Shown in pieces: positions 1 to 11,281 of a DNA stretch of 64,000 nucleotides. The notes beneath the pieces were generated by a model. The model had not been told where the DNA came from, did not search any database, and was given only the letters and a program-made list of their open reading frames with translations. Origin of the DNA: an uncultured cyanobacterium (lineage in GTDB: Bacteria; Cyanobacteriota; Cyanobacteriia; Cyanobacteriales; Cyanobacteriaceae); contig CAVQBA010000004.1 in the NCBI GenBank assembly GCA_963710605.1, positions 512,001 through 576,000 of the forward strand. Direction: 5' to 3'. A program made the position numbers and the translations under genes. How positions within the stretch are numbered: position 1 is the first letter of the stretch; the number at the start of each line of letters is the position of its first letter.

Positions 1-92
1 GCCGCCAAACTTCCCCCAACTAATACTGCCGTCGCCACGGAGGCAATTAGTTTTCCTGAAAAAAAAGAATTGTTTTTTTGTTCTTCTGCCAT
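1..92 (-). CDS. 5' part of a membrane-anchored protein, possibly GerMN-domain (runs off window)
   Basis: ATG at 92 reads MAEEQKNNSFFSGKLIASVATAVLVGGSLAA with an N-terminal hydrophobic segment; co-oriented just downstream of the DUF2993 gene. Confidence 0.5.
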   Translation of the reverse strand, partial: MAEEQKNNSFFSGKLIASVATAVLVGGSLA

Positions 93-135
93 AATTTTAA
101 TAGTTACCTAAGATACGATTTATTTTAGTCAATTT

Positions 136-933
136 TTATGGAGATTGAGGCTGAATATGAGCAAATCCTGCCACTGCTATCTTATCTTCATTTATCTCAA
201 ATTGTAGTAATCTCAGGGTTATACCTGATTTTTCTAACCCTTGTAAAGTTAAATTACTATTGATATTCTCACTAAATCCTTTTAATAGTGTAGATGATAG
301 TTTCCGATCGTTTAATGTTCCTTCAATATCCTTAATTTTCAACTGATAACCTTTAATTACCTCTAAACCAAATTCTAAACGAATATTCAATTCTTCTTCA
401 CCTCGAAAAGCTAATTTTACTTTACTATCTACAGCCAAACGATTATTTGGTAACAAATCAAAATCTAGTGCAACAATATCTATGCGCTCATTTTTTTGGG
501 ATATTTGTTCAACAACCGACTTAACTTGATTTGACAAAAATAAATCATTCAAATTTTCTTCAGTCACCACAACACGCCATCCCATATTCAAAGGAGTTTG
601 CAATATTTGTTGTAAATTTGGTCGTTTTTCCTCACCGCTAGTCGATGATAAACTACGTAATATTGGTAAATCTACTTTTACCTTATCCGTTTCTAATTGT
701 AATAATTCAACTTGAATATTTTCTCTTATCTCCCACTCCTTCAAGTTAAGTTTGATACTATCTATTTCTCCTTTTAGCAATTGATGAGTCGGCACATTTT
801 CCACTCTGACATCTACTTCCTCTATTTCGATTGATTGTCTAGTGATGATTTTAGTTAAAGAATTGTTAATAATAATTCCACCCACTGATAATCCAGATAT
901 TATAATCGTAAGCAAACTAACTACTATTTCCAT
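136..933 (-). CDS. DUF2993 (LmeA-like) protein
   Basis: N-terminal TM, VRVENVPTHQLLKGEID motif, VTEENLN motif. Confidence 0.75.
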   Translation of the reverse strand: MEIVVSLLTIIISGLSVGGIIINNSLTKIITRQSIEIEEVDVRVENVPTHQLLKGEIDSIKLNLKEWEIRENIQVELLQLETDKVKVDLPILRSLSSTSGEEKRPNLQQILQTPLNMGWRVVVTEENLNDLFLSNQVKSVVEQISQKNERIDIVALDFDLLPNNRLAVDSKVKLAFRGEEELNIRLEFGLEVIKGYQLKIKDIEGTLNDRKLSSTLLKGFSENINSNLTLQGLEKSGITLRLLQFEINEDKIAVAGFAHIQPQSP

Positions 934-1660
934 TTTAGATACAGTTACTGATTGAGTATAAATATTGTATTTTACTATTTAATAATTTTTAATTAAATTT
1001 CAATTCTCTTATCTAGCAAAAAATGAATAGATTAGGATATTTTGATTCCGTGTGCATTTTTCTTTGATTACGGGGTACAGTAATACTATAATGTTCACAC
1101 TCACTGGCTAGTTGCTATACACTCAAAACAAAATATATTATTTTAATTTGAAAGATATACTTGTTATTATTAAATAAATGATGATTACCTTAGTACAATA
1201 ACTATTTAAATAAATATAATCATTTTTCATTGATTACCTATTTCACTTCAAAAGCGATAAATCAGTTATTATCTGATTTAGCTTGTCTTTTTGTCTTTTT
1301 GTCGATCGTGTAATTGTGAATATGTGAATCGAGAAATTTAGCTAAATGTCTGTTATTAGTAATTTATTTAATTAATAAAAAACAGAAATTGTTATTGAGC
1401 GTTGATATTGACTTAATGTAAGTAGATAAATATTTTTATTCAACTAAACTAGATTAACACTTATCCAAGTTTAGGATCTATTAAATATTTTTAAGATAAT
1501 TATTTACAGTGGGAATAATCTGATCAAGAGTTCGGATTAATTAATTAGTTGTTAGTAATAAATAGTAATCAATTTGGTACATCTTATTAATTAACGTTTT
1601 TATTAAGATCATTCACAAATTATTAATCACTTAAAGATTATTAATCAATTCCATAAAAGA

Positions 1661-3391
1661 ATGAAAAAAAGCTTGCCTGAATTTGAACAAAATAATGCGA
1701 CAAAAACAATTGTAGCTAATCAGTCTTATTTGGTGTACATCATAGATGACCAAATCATTCATTTGAAAGTTATTCGTGCTTTATTAGAAAAAAATAATTT
1801 TCAAGTGATTACGCAAAAAAAAGTTACAGAAGGAATCGAAGAAATAAAATATTTACTCCCTGATTTAATTATATTAGATGTTGTTATGCCCAACATGAGT
1901 GGTTTTGAGGCTTGTAAATTATTAAAATCTTCCCCTATCACTCAATCTATTCCAATTATATTTTTGACAAGTTTAGATAGCCCTCAAGAAAAAATCAAAG
2001 GTGTTGAGTTAGGTTGTTTTGATTATATTACTAAACCCATTAAATCTTCTGAATTATTAGCTAGAGTTAATAATTGTGTTCGGATTATTAATTTAACTCA
2101 AAATTTACAACATCAAAATCAATTATTAAAAGCCGAAATAAATACCAGAAAAGAAGTACAAATAGCCTTAGAAGAAAGTCAAAATACTTTAAAAGCTATT
2201 ATTGATAATAGTCTCAATGGAATGATTATTGTTAATAAAAACGGTGATATTTTATTTCTTAATAAACAAGCAGAATCCTTATTTAGCGATTCTGAAAAAT
2301 GTATGCTAGGTAAAAATTTTGGTATTCCTATTCATTTAGAAAAAACAAGTCAATTAGACATATTACGATCGTCTTCTAATCGGACAAAAAACCACGAATC
2401 TTCTTTAGAATTAGTTACTGTAGAAGTTAGATGCGTACCTATAATTTGGAATAGTAATAATGCTTATTTAATTTCGGCAACTGATATTACTGAACGCAAA
2501 AAAATGGAAGAAAAACTGCATGTTTTATTCCAAGCTTCAGAACAAAGTCCAGCTTCAATTATGATTATGGATATCACCGAAAAAATAGAATATGTTAATC
2601 CCAAATTTTTAGTTACTACTGGTTATTTAAAAACAGATATTGTTGGTAAAAGTTTTAATAGTATATATTCAAAAACTATTAGTGAATCAGATTACCAAAC
2701 TCTATGGGAAACAATTAATAATGGGCAAGAATGGTCTTCAGAATTTAAAAGTAAAAAGAAAAATAATGATTCTTACTGGGAAAAAATGTTGATATCTCCA
2801 ATCTTCAACGAAATGGAAGATATTACTCATTATATTATTATTAGCGAAGATATTAGTCAACAAAAAAATGAAGAAATAAATCTTTTATATCAAGCTAAAT
2901 ACGACAATCTAACTCAAATTCCTAACCGTAACTATGGATTAGAGCAATTAAATGATTTATTAAAACAAGCAGAAGAAAATAATAACAAATTAGGTTTGAT
3001 GTTTATTGATTTAGATCACTTTAAACAAGTAAATGATAACTTAGGACATGATTATGGTGACGAATTACTGATTCAGGCAACTGAAAGAATGAAAAGCGTT
3101 GTGCGTCAGACAGATTTATTAACACGTTTAGGAGGAGATGAATTTTTTATGGCTATTCCTTTACTTCAACAAGATAATTATTTGGCAACAATTGCAAGTA
3201 AAATAATTGATATTTTGAAAAAACCTTTTATCATTTTTGAACAACCTGTTTGTATATCTGGAAGTATCGGGATTGCTATTTTTCCTCAAGACAGTGATAA
3301 ATTAAAACAACTTATGCGTCAAGCAGATTTGGCGATGTATAAATCAAAAGAAAACGGGAAAAACCAGTTTCAATTTTATAATTGTGATTAG
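1661..3391 (+). CDS. Response-regulator diguanylate cyclase (REC-PAS-PAS-GGDEF)
   Basis: REC (IIDD, LDVVMP, KP), two PAS-like regions, DLDHFKQVND, RxxD I-site (RQTD) and intact GGDEF. Confidence 0.92.
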   Translation: MKKSLPEFEQNNATKTIVANQSYLVYIIDDQIIHLKVIRALLEKNNFQVITQKKVTEGIEEIKYLLPDLIILDVVMPNMSGFEACKLLKSSPITQSIPIIFLTSLDSPQEKIKGVELGCFDYITKPIKSSELLARVNNCVRIINLTQNLQHQNQLLKAEINTRKEVQIALEESQNTLKAIIDNSLNGMIIVNKNGDILFLNKQAESLFSDSEKCMLGKNFGIPIHLEKTSQLDILRSSSNRTKNHESSLELVTVEVRCVPIIWNSNNAYLISATDITERKKMEEKLHVLFQASEQSPASIMIMDITEKIEYVNPKFLVTTGYLKTDIVGKSFNSIYSKTISESDYQTLWETINNGQEWSSEFKSKKKNNDSYWEKMLISPIFNEMEDITHYIIISEDISQQKNEEINLLYQAKYDNLTQIPNRNYGLEQLNDLLKQAEENNNKLGLMFIDLDHFKQVNDNLGHDYGDELLIQATERMKSVVRQTDLLTRLGGDEFFMAIPLLQQDNYLATIASKIIDILKKPFIIFEQPVCISGSIGIAIFPQDSDKLKQLMRQADLAMYKSKENGKNQFQFYNCD

Positions 3392-4056
3392 TAAAATAAT
3401 TAATATAATAATCTTTTTTACTCAAGCTTTTACTAATGAAGAATAAAAAATAATTAATTAACTAGTTATTTAAATTAATTCAGAAAAAGGAGTTAATACA
3501 GTATCGATCGTTACTATTACCAAAATTCAAAATATCAAAGCTGTAGCTAACGTTATTGAAACTCAAATCCTATTTATCCCGATGATTGACTTGACAAATA
3601 AATAATCTGAGTAGATTGTACCAATCAGTGAGCTAAAGTGCCAAAGATATTGATAATTAAACAACTATTACTCGATCGTAATCATCTATTTATTGTATTC
3701 TCTTAATTGTCGGTGACTAAATTCTTACAAATACTACTGACTACAAATAGTATTAGTTATCGGATGCTTTTTTCCTTGCATGACAGGTATTTTTAGGTTA
3801 AGATTGAGCGGAACATTAAGATTTATTAACTAAAACTAATTGCTTTTTCAAAGATACAAGTGAAATAAATTTTGCTCACAACTATTATTTGTGTAAATAC
3901 AAAGATAGGCAAAAAAATGTTTAATACACAACCAGATGATCAAGATGCCAAAGTTTAGGGCAGAATATTTAAATTAGTAGCATCTCAACTAAATATAGTA
4001 ATTATAAAGACAAAAAGCTTAAATAGTTAATTTAAGTATCATTAAAAAAATTCGTA

Positions 4057-5742
4057 ATGCAAATAGTAAATAAAATTCACTTCAATAATGTCCGAGGAGA
4101 TATCTTCGGCGGGTTAACAGCGGCAGTAGTGGCTTTGCCAATGGCATTAGCTTTCGGGATTGCTTCTGGTGCTGGTGCTTCTGCTGGTATGTGGGGAGCA
4201 ATCTTAGTCGGTTTTTTTGCGGTTTTGTTCGGGGGTACACCTAGTCTGATTTCAGAGCCAACAGGACCGATGACAGTAATTGTTACCGCTGTAATCGCTG
4301 AGTTGATGGCAAAAAATCCTGAAACAGGTTTAGCAATGGCTTTTACGGTCATTATGATGGCAGGAATATTTCAAATTTTGTTCGGTGTAATGAAGTTGGG
4401 TAAATACATTACTATGCTTCCTTATAACGTCATCTCAGGATTTATGACGGGTATCGGGGTGATCCTTATTTTCTTACAGATAGCACCGTTTTTAGGTCAA
4501 CAAACGCCTTCTGGTGGGGTATTAGGTGTCATTAGAAATTTACCAAGTTTGATTGTTAATCTTAATCCTTTGGAAGTTATTTTAGGTGTCTTGACCTTAG
4601 TAATTTTGTTTGTATATCCTTCTAAGTGGAAAAGCATTGTACCACCACAGTTAACTACTTTGGTAATTGGTACGATCGTTGCTTTAGTCTTTTTTGGTAA
4701 TGCTGATATTCGTACGATCGCTACTATTGGTGAAATTACTCCTGGATTACCTGAGTTACAAATGCCTGTTTTGAGCTTCGAGAATTTACGCTTAATGTTT
4801 ACTAATGCGATCGTGTTAGCGACTGTAGGTTCGATCGATTGTTTATTAACTTGTTTGGTTTGTGATAGTTTAACTCGTAGTGAACATCAATCAAATAAAG
4901 AATTAATCGGGCAAGGGATTGCTAATTTAATTACCGGTTTTTGTGGTGGTGTAGCAGGTTCGGGTGCAACTACAGCTAGTGTCGTGAGTATTCAAGCAGG
5001 TGGACGTACTGCTTTAGCTGGTATTGTTCGGGCTTTAGTCTTATTAGTAATTGTGCTTTGGGCGGCACCTTTAACCTCAGGTATTCCTTTAGCTGTATTA
5101 GCAGGGATTGTTTTAAAAGTCGGGATTGATATTATTGATTGGGGTTTCTTAAAACGAGTTCACAAAATATCTTGGAAAGCCGCAGGGATTGTTTATAGTG
5201 TGGTTTTATTGACTGTATTCGTCGATTTGATGGTAGCTGTGGCTGTTGGTGTATTTGTCGCCAATATTTTAACGATCGATCGTTTAACATCTTTACAATC
5301 TAATGCAGTTAAAGCAATCACTGATGATGATGATCAAATTTTGTTAAATCAAGAAGAAAAATACATTCTTGATTCAGCACGAGGACGTTTATTATTATTC
5401 CATTTAAGTGGTCCGATGATTTTTGGTGTCGCTAAAGCTATTTCTCGTGAACATGATGCGATCGAGAATTACGATGTTTTAATCGTTGATTTATCAGAAG
5501 TACCTGTTTTGGGTGTTACTTCTTCATTAGCGATCGAAAATGCGATTTCTGAAGCGATCGATGTTGGTCGTGCAGTGATAGTAGTAGGTGCTACAGGGAA
5601 AGTAAAAAGCCGTCTGCAAAAATTAAATACTGGTGCAATACCCGAACATCTTTGGATTGACGATCGTCTTCTGGCATTACAATCTGGGTTAGCAATTGTC
5701 AAAGAAAAAGGGCATGGTAGTTTTACAAAAGTAGTCAATTAG
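4057..5742 (+). CDS. bicA: SulP/SLC26 family bicarbonate transporter, BicA-like
   Basis: GDIFGGLTAAVVALPMALAFG, ISEPTGPMTV, C-terminal STAS domain (LSGPMIFG). Confidence 0.85.
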   Translation: MQIVNKIHFNNVRGDIFGGLTAAVVALPMALAFGIASGAGASAGMWGAILVGFFAVLFGGTPSLISEPTGPMTVIVTAVIAELMAKNPETGLAMAFTVIMMAGIFQILFGVMKLGKYITMLPYNVISGFMTGIGVILIFLQIAPFLGQQTPSGGVLGVIRNLPSLIVNLNPLEVILGVLTLVILFVYPSKWKSIVPPQLTTLVIGTIVALVFFGNADIRTIATIGEITPGLPELQMPVLSFENLRLMFTNAIVLATVGSIDCLLTCLVCDSLTRSEHQSNKELIGQGIANLITGFCGGVAGSGATTASVVSIQAGGRTALAGIVRALVLLVIVLWAAPLTSGIPLAVLAGIVLKVGIDIIDWGFLKRVHKISWKAAGIVYSVVLLTVFVDLMVAVAVGVFVANILTIDRLTSLQSNAVKAITDDDDQILLNQEEKYILDSARGRLLLFHLSGPMIFGVAKAISREHDAIENYDVLIVDLSEVPVLGVTSSLAIENAISEAIDVGRAVIVVGATGKVKSRLQKLNTGAIPEHLWIDDRLLALQSGLAIVKEKGHGSFTKVVN

Positions 5743-5747
5743 TTTAA

Positions 5748-5814
5748 TTGATAATTGATAGTTGATAATTGATAATTGATAATTAACTATCAACTATTAA
5801 CTATTAACTATCAA
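5748..5814. repeat. Inverted heptamer tandem arrays (TTGATAR x5 / CTATYAA x4)
   Basis: Read directly; fills the gap between convergent stop codons. Confidence 0.85.
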
Positions 5815-5819
5815 CTAAT

Positions 5820-6413
5820 CTAACCTATCTTGTCTTTGCTCAATTTAATTTTATTGAACATTGCGGGAGCTTTAGTTGCAACAATAATCATGACAATTAT
5901 CAATGCCGCTATGACGATAATACCTGTCCAAACAGGAAAAGTTAAACCGAGAATAGATAAAGATACAGAGCCTATTCCTTCAATAGTTGCCACAATAAAA
6001 TTACCGAATCCTGCGGTGACACCCGTAGAAGCTAAACGAGTAGTACTAGCCAAAGTCCCGATTAAACCGGCTGTACCTCCCCCTGCGATTACTGCTAGAG
6101 TCCATTGTGCAACTGGATCTGTATGACCTAAAGTAGCCGCAGTTAATACCGTTCCGATGCCGATCGCAAGGGGTACTTGAATCGTATCTAATAAATTATC
6201 GATAATCGGGATATAATATGCACCAACTTCTAAAAAAGTTGCAATAGCTAAAGCGATCGCCGCTTCGGTTGTACCTAACCATTCAAAATTTTCGGGTAAA
6301 GGAAAATGACCAAATATAGCCGCCAAGCTCATCGCTAATGGTGGTACAAAAACCCGAAAACCACAGGCGGCACTAAGAGTTATCCCTAAACACAAACCAA
6401 TAACAACTTCCAT
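5820..6413 (-). CDS. DUF4126 membrane protein
   Basis: LSAACGFRVFVP, EVGAYYIP-DNLLD motifs. Confidence 0.85.
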   Translation of the reverse strand: MEVVIGLCLGITLSAACGFRVFVPPLAMSLAAIFGHFPLPENFEWLGTTEAAIALAIATFLEVGAYYIPIIDNLLDTIQVPLAIGIGTVLTAATLGHTDPVAQWTLAVIAGGGTAGLIGTLASTTRLASTGVTAGFGNFIVATIEGIGSVSLSILGLTFPVWTGIIVIAALIIVMIIVATKAPAMFNKIKLSKDKIG

Positions 6414-6686
6414 TATTTCACTAAAATAGTATTTAATTTACAATTTACTTTCTTTAAATTAATCCTTTAATAACTACTCATTTATCATAAATTTAACAGT
6501 TACAAAAGAATTTAATTACCAGAAAAATAATCAACTATTTCTATTTTATCTAGATCTTTTATTTTTCGTTTTAGATTGAGAGTGAAATAATTTTTGAGAT
6601 AATTGATAGCTATACGTCAACAATTAAGAATTTTAATCTGTACTCTTTACTTTTTACTCCTTACTCCTTACTCCTTACTCAATTTT

Positions 6687-8363
6687 TTATTCCCATTCGA
6701 TCGTGCCAGGAGGCTTAGAAGTAATATCATAAACCACACGGTTAACACCATCAACTTCATTAACAATACGATTAGAAATAGCCTCTAAAAGATCATATGG
6801 TGGTCTTGCCCAATCCGCAGTCATGCCATCTTCGCTAGTAATTAGACGTAAAACAATCGGAAAAGCATAAGTTCTTTGATCGCCCATTACCCCAACACTT
6901 TTAATCGGGAGTAAGACAGCGAAAACTTGCCAAAAATCATGATACATACCCCATGTTTTTATTTCATCTCTGACGATAAAATCAGCATCTCTGAGCATAT
7001 TCAATTTCTCTGATGTAACTTCACCTAAAATCCGAATCGCTAAACCAGGTCCTGGGAAAGGATGACGAGAAACTATCTCTTCAGGTAAATTAATCGATCG
7101 ACCAACTTTACGAACTTCATCTTTAAATAATTTACGTAAAGGTTCAACTAATTTAAAACGAAGATTTTTAGGTAAACCACCGACATTATGATGGCTTTTG
7201 ATTTTAACCGCAACTCTTTCTCCTGTTTTTGGATCAACATTAGTATCAGCAGATTCAATCACATCAGGATACAATGTTCCTTGAGCTAGATAATCAAAAG
7301 GTCCTAAACGGTTAGATTCTTCCTCAAAAACTTGAATAAACTCATGTCCAATACGGCGACGTTTTTCTTCTGGATCGGTTACTCCTTCTACTTTAGCTAA
7401 AAAACGCTCACGAGCGTTAACATATTCCACATTAATATCAAATTGCTTATCAAAAATATCAACTAATCTTTCAGGCTCACCTTTACGCATAAAACCTTGA
7501 TCAATAAACATACAAGTAAGTTGATCACCGATCGCTTTATGAAGTAAAAAAGCTAAGGTAGAAGAATCAACTCCACCTGATAAAGCTAATAATACTTTTT
7601 GATCGCCAACTCTTGCTCGAATTTCTTGTATCGACTCTTCCACAAAAGTTTGCGTAGTCCAAGTTGGTTCGCAACCACAAATATGATAAACAAAATTACG
7701 AATCAAAGCTGTACCAAACTCAGAGTGTATCACCTCAGGATGGAATTGAACCCCAAAAAGTTTTTTCTGATGCTCAGCAACTGCCGCACAACGAGTATTA
7801 TCGGTATGGGCTAGAATTTTGAATCCTGTAGGCAACTGCACGCAAGAATCGCCATGACTCATCCACATCGTTGATTCATTTTCAACATTAGTTAACAAAT
7901 CTGTGGGATCATCAATTTTTAAAGAAGCTTTACCATATTCTCCTCTATTTGCTTGTTCAACTTTTCCCCCTAATTGTTTGACCATCAATTGCATTCCGTA
8001 ACATACACCTAAAATAGGAATACCTAAATTCCAAATTTCAGGATCACAAGCAGGTGCACCTTTGGCATATACTGATTTTGGACCTCCAGAAAGAATAATT
8101 CCACGAGGATTGATTGTACGTAGTTTTTCAGCGGTGGTACGATAAGAAATTACTTCTGAATATACTTCTGTTTCTCTAATTCGGCGGGCAATTAATTCCG
8201 AATATTGTGAACCAAAATCAAGGATAACGATCATTTGACGGACGATAGAAGCCCCGCCTTGCAAAGGCGGGGTCACCTCCTCACGTTCAACGCTTAGACT
8301 AGAAGCTGATTGAGCGATCGATTTGTCCTCTGGCTTGTGGGATATATTATCTACTGTGGTCAC
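6687..8363 (-). CDS. guaA: GMP synthase (glutamine-hydrolysing)
   Basis: [47 protein letters not shown]. Confidence 0.98.
   Translation of the reverse strand: MTTVDNISHKPEDKSIAQSASSLSVEREEVTPPLQGGASIVRQMIVILDFGSQYSELIARRIRETEVYSEVISYRTTAEKLRTINPRGIILSGGPKSVYAKGAPACDPEIWNLGIPILGVCYGMQLMVKQLGGKVEQANRGEYGKASLKIDDPTDLLTNVENESTMWMSHGDSCVQLPTGFKILAHTDNTRCAAVAEHQKKLFGVQFHPEVIHSEFGTALIRNFVYHICGCEPTWTTQTFVEESIQEIRARVGDQKVLLALSGGVDSSTLAFLLHKAIGDQLTCMFIDQGFMRKGEPERLVDIFDKQFDINVEYVNARERFLAKVEGVTDPEEKRRRIGHEFIQVFEEESNRLGPFDYLAQGTLYPDVIESADTNVDPKTGERVAVKIKSHHNVGGLPKNLRFKLVEPLRKLFKDEVRKVGRSINLPEEIVSRHPFPGPGLAIRILGEVTSEKLNMLRDADFIVRDEIKTWGMYHDFWQVFAVLLPIKSVGVMGDQRTYAFPIVLRLITSEDGMTADWARPPYDLLEAISNRIVNEVDGVNRVVYDITSKPPGTIEWE
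8246..8306. mobile_element. 54-bp in-frame miniature insertion in guaA with hairpin and 7-bp direct repeat
   Basis: TAGAAGC at 8246-8252 and 8300-8306; stem CCCCGCCTT(8252-60)/AAGGCGGGG(8264-72). Confidence 0.65.
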
Positions 8364-8900
8364 TGGCTCTAATTACTGAGGTATTGGTATTGATTTTGAT
8401 GATTAAAAAATAAATTCTTATCCAAAACAGATCTTAGCTACCGTTTAATTTATATCTAGTAGTCAAGATTATGGACAGTTAAGTATTAAGGCATTCTAAC
8501 ATAAATTTTTGTTTAGATAAATGTCTCTTTTTTTAGGTACTTAAATAGTTACTTTAAATATGTATTAGTTCTCAAAAAAAATATAGTTTCAAATCATTTA
8601 CTTTTGATAGTAGTCCTTATGTGGTCAAAATAAAGAAAAATATCTAATCAAAACTATTGAACTATTCTTGAAAAATAGAAAATCCATACCGCTATTTTTA
8701 GGTTCAGAAAATAAAAGATAATATTTATTTTTAAATCATCTTGTTTCAACTTGGTGAAGACAATTATCAATTATTGATTATTTACCCTTTTGTCACGATC
8801 GAAATATTAAAAAATGATTAGCTTCTTACTCAAAATATTGCTGAGAAAATTATATTAAGTTATCTTGAAAAAGTTAATTAAATAAATTATTTGAAAATAA

Positions 8901-9665
8901 ATGGAATCACAATCTCCACTCGCAACTTCAACACCTGCAACTTCAACAGCCCAACCAATGTTACAGGATATAGAAGATTTGACAATTTCATTAATGATCA
9001 AAAGTTTTAATCCCACAATATTAAGTTACGAATTTCTGACTATGACAGGGATTCTACCGAATAGTTGGGAATTAGCTAAACAACCAATCAATAACCCTCG
9101 TGGCTCTCAAGTTAGTTTCAAAAATGGTGTTGAGATTACTGCTCAAGCTAATGCTCTTAATTTTAGACAACCTCTTAATCAAAAACAAGAAGATTCAGAT
9201 AATGTTGACTTAGCAACTATTGCCCAGCGATGTATTGAAAAAATGTCAAGTGCTGAATATCAAGGGTTAAGTATTTCTCCAAAAATTATTATTCCTTTTC
9301 CTGAAGAAGATGGAGGCAGAGACTTTATTCATGATACTTTTTTTAATAATGGTTCGTGGCGTAATTTTGGTAACAGCTCAGTACAAGCTTCTTTGACTTT
9401 ATCTTATGAGTTAGAGCAATGCCGTTTAGGAGTTAATATTAATCCTGCTAAATTACAACAGCCAAATAATATTGCCATAGCCGCTGTTTTGTTTGCAGGT
9501 AACTTCAACTATAGTTTGGCTAACGAGGCTTCTGAGCAAAATACTAATGCCTTAAAAACACAATTGAACAATTGGGAGCGAGATGTAAAAACTTTTCGTG
9601 ATTTAGTCTATAAAAAATTCTTACAAAAAGCACCTACTCAACAAGAAAGCCTGTTTGACAATTGA
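8901..9665 (+). CDS. Hypothetical protein
   Basis: 254-aa ORF with host-like codon usage; no family recognised with certainty. Confidence 0.8.
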   Translation: MESQSPLATSTPATSTAQPMLQDIEDLTISLMIKSFNPTILSYEFLTMTGILPNSWELAKQPINNPRGSQVSFKNGVEITAQANALNFRQPLNQKQEDSDNVDLATIAQRCIEKMSSAEYQGLSISPKIIIPFPEEDGGRDFIHDTFFNNGSWRNFGNSSVQASLTLSYELEQCRLGVNINPAKLQQPNNIAIAAVLFAGNFNYSLANEASEQNTNALKTQLNNWERDVKTFRDLVYKKFLQKAPTQQESLFDN

Positions 9666-9690
9666 CAATTGACAGTTGACAGTTGACAAT
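9655..9690. repeat. TTGACA(A/G) heptamer tandem repeat
   Basis: Five units overlapping the stop codon of the upstream gene. Confidence 0.8.
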
Positions 9691-9737
9691 TAAAAATACT
9701 TCTTAACTGTTATCTGTATCTTTGTTTTTTTATTTTT

Positions 9738-10946
9738 ATGGCTATTCAACCTCTTAGTTGGTCAGAATTAGAATCAATTACTGATTATTCGATTGATTAT
9801 ATTAATGGTGTTACTAATGCTCAATCTCGGTTAAGGCTTTTTGGTCAACCAGAATCGAGCGTTAGAGTAACCCTTTATCGAGATCATCACGCATGGTGTC
9901 CTTATTGTCAAAAAGTGTGGTTATGGCTAGAGGAAAAACAAATCCCTTACCGTATCGAAAAAGTAACCATGTTTTGTTACGGACAAAAAGAAAGTTGGTA
10001 TAAACAAAGAGTACCTTCAGGGATGTTACCTGCGATCGATATTGATGGTCAATTAATTACCGAAAGTGATGATATTTTACTCGCATTAGAAGAAACTTTT
10101 GGCGTTTTAGGTTACGGTATGCAAGACGCACAAGTTATGCCTTTAAGAAAACTAGAAAGATTACTTTTCAGGGCTTGGTGTACTTGGTTGTGTTACCCCA
10201 GTATTTTACCGGGGCAAGACAAAAATAATCGTCGGCAATTTATTAAAGTTGTTGGACAAGTAGAAGATGCTTTAGCAGTTACATCCAGTCCTTTTTTCCT
10301 TGATGATTTTAGTACCGCAGATTTAGTGTTTGTTCCTTATGTAGAAAGAATGAATGCTAGTCTTTATTACTATAAAGGTTATTCCTTAAGAGAAGAAAAT
10401 CCTTATTTATCGGCTTGGTTTGATGGTTTAGAGTCTCGATCGACTTATTGTGGTACACAAAGCGATTTTCATACTCATGTACACGATTTACCGCCACAAA
10501 TGGGAGGCTGTTATGCTAATGGCGATAAACAAACTCAAATTAATCAATTAAAAGTCGATCGAGGTGATTGGTTTGATTTACCTGATGTCAAATATCCTGA
10601 GCCAGAAAATTCTCGATTTGAAGCTTTATCCAGAATTTTAAAGCACCATAATAATATCATTAAAGTTAATCCGACTAATGACAAAAATCTGTTTGACGAA
10701 GCTTTACGGTGTGCTTTGACTTATATGCTCAAAGAGCAAGATTGTCTTCCTCCTGCTAATACTGAAGTCGGTTTACGTTATCTCAGAGACAGAATTAGTG
10801 TACCTCGTGATATGTCTATTTATGCGGGAAAAAGACTGCGTAATGCTCTAGAATATACCGCTAGTTTGATAAGTGAGCGTCAACCCGAACCTTTACCTGT
10901 ACGTCATCGTCGAGATCAAAATCCCGTTAATTTTGCTTTGGTATAA
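9738..10946 (+). CDS. Glutathione S-transferase family protein
   Basis: [26 protein letters not shown]-terminal motifs, [11 protein letters not shown]. Confidence 0.9.
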   Translation: MAIQPLSWSELESITDYSIDYINGVTNAQSRLRLFGQPESSVRVTLYRDHHAWCPYCQKVWLWLEEKQIPYRIEKVTMFCYGQKESWYKQRVPSGMLPAIDIDGQLITESDDILLALEETFGVLGYGMQDAQVMPLRKLERLLFRAWCTWLCYPSILPGQDKNNRRQFIKVVGQVEDALAVTSSPFFLDDFSTADLVFVPYVERMNASLYYYKGYSLREENPYLSAWFDGLESRSTYCGTQSDFHTHVHDLPPQMGGCYANGDKQTQINQLKVDRGDWFDLPDVKYPEPENSRFEALSRILKHHNNIIKVNPTNDKNLFDEALRCALTYMLKEQDCLPPANTEVGLRYLRDRISVPRDMSIYAGKRLRNALEYTASLISERQPEPLPVRHRRDQNPVNFALV

Positions 10947-10975
10947 TTAATAAAAAATGAATTGAGATTATTAAC

Positions 10976-11094
10976 CGCAGCGAAAAGTGTGGTCTTGGGC
11001 GGGGCGTACAAGCACCTGAAATTAATTCAGGTGTCAGCCCCTTGGCTCTCCCCCATGAACAACTTTTTAAGACGAGTACGCAGAGAACGCAGAG
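10976..11094. repeat. Nested palindromic small dispersed repeats
   Basis: Hairpin CACCTGAA/TTCAGGTG (11013-11033) closed by GGGGC/GCCCC, inside CTTGG direct repeats and further inverted pairs. Confidence 0.6.
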
Positions 11095-11187
11095 GAGGCT
11101 TGGGTTTGAAATCGTGACGCTTGTAAACAGAGGTGTTTAGAGGAGGCTATGGGTTTGAAATCGTGACGCTTGTAAACAGAGGTGTTT
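11091..11187. repeat. 48/49-bp tandem duplication
   Basis: AGAGGAGGCT(A)TGGGTTTGAAATCGTGACGCTTGTAAACAGAGGTGTTT twice, no spacer. Confidence 0.9.
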
Positions 11188-11281
11188 AGAGAAAGCTATA
11201 TTTAGCTTACTGCTATATAGTCTTCAGCTCCAAAATAGAGTACATTAATTCTAGATAATATTTTTTTATTCTCAATTAATT

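Noticed and set aside
6603-6788. 61-aa ORF on + strand
   Set aside because: Antisense overlap with guaA and built on TTACTCC-type repeats
11091-11187. Possible CRISPR array (repeat containing GTTTGAAA)
   Set aside because: Two abutting copies with no unique spacer and no cas genes; simple tandem duplication
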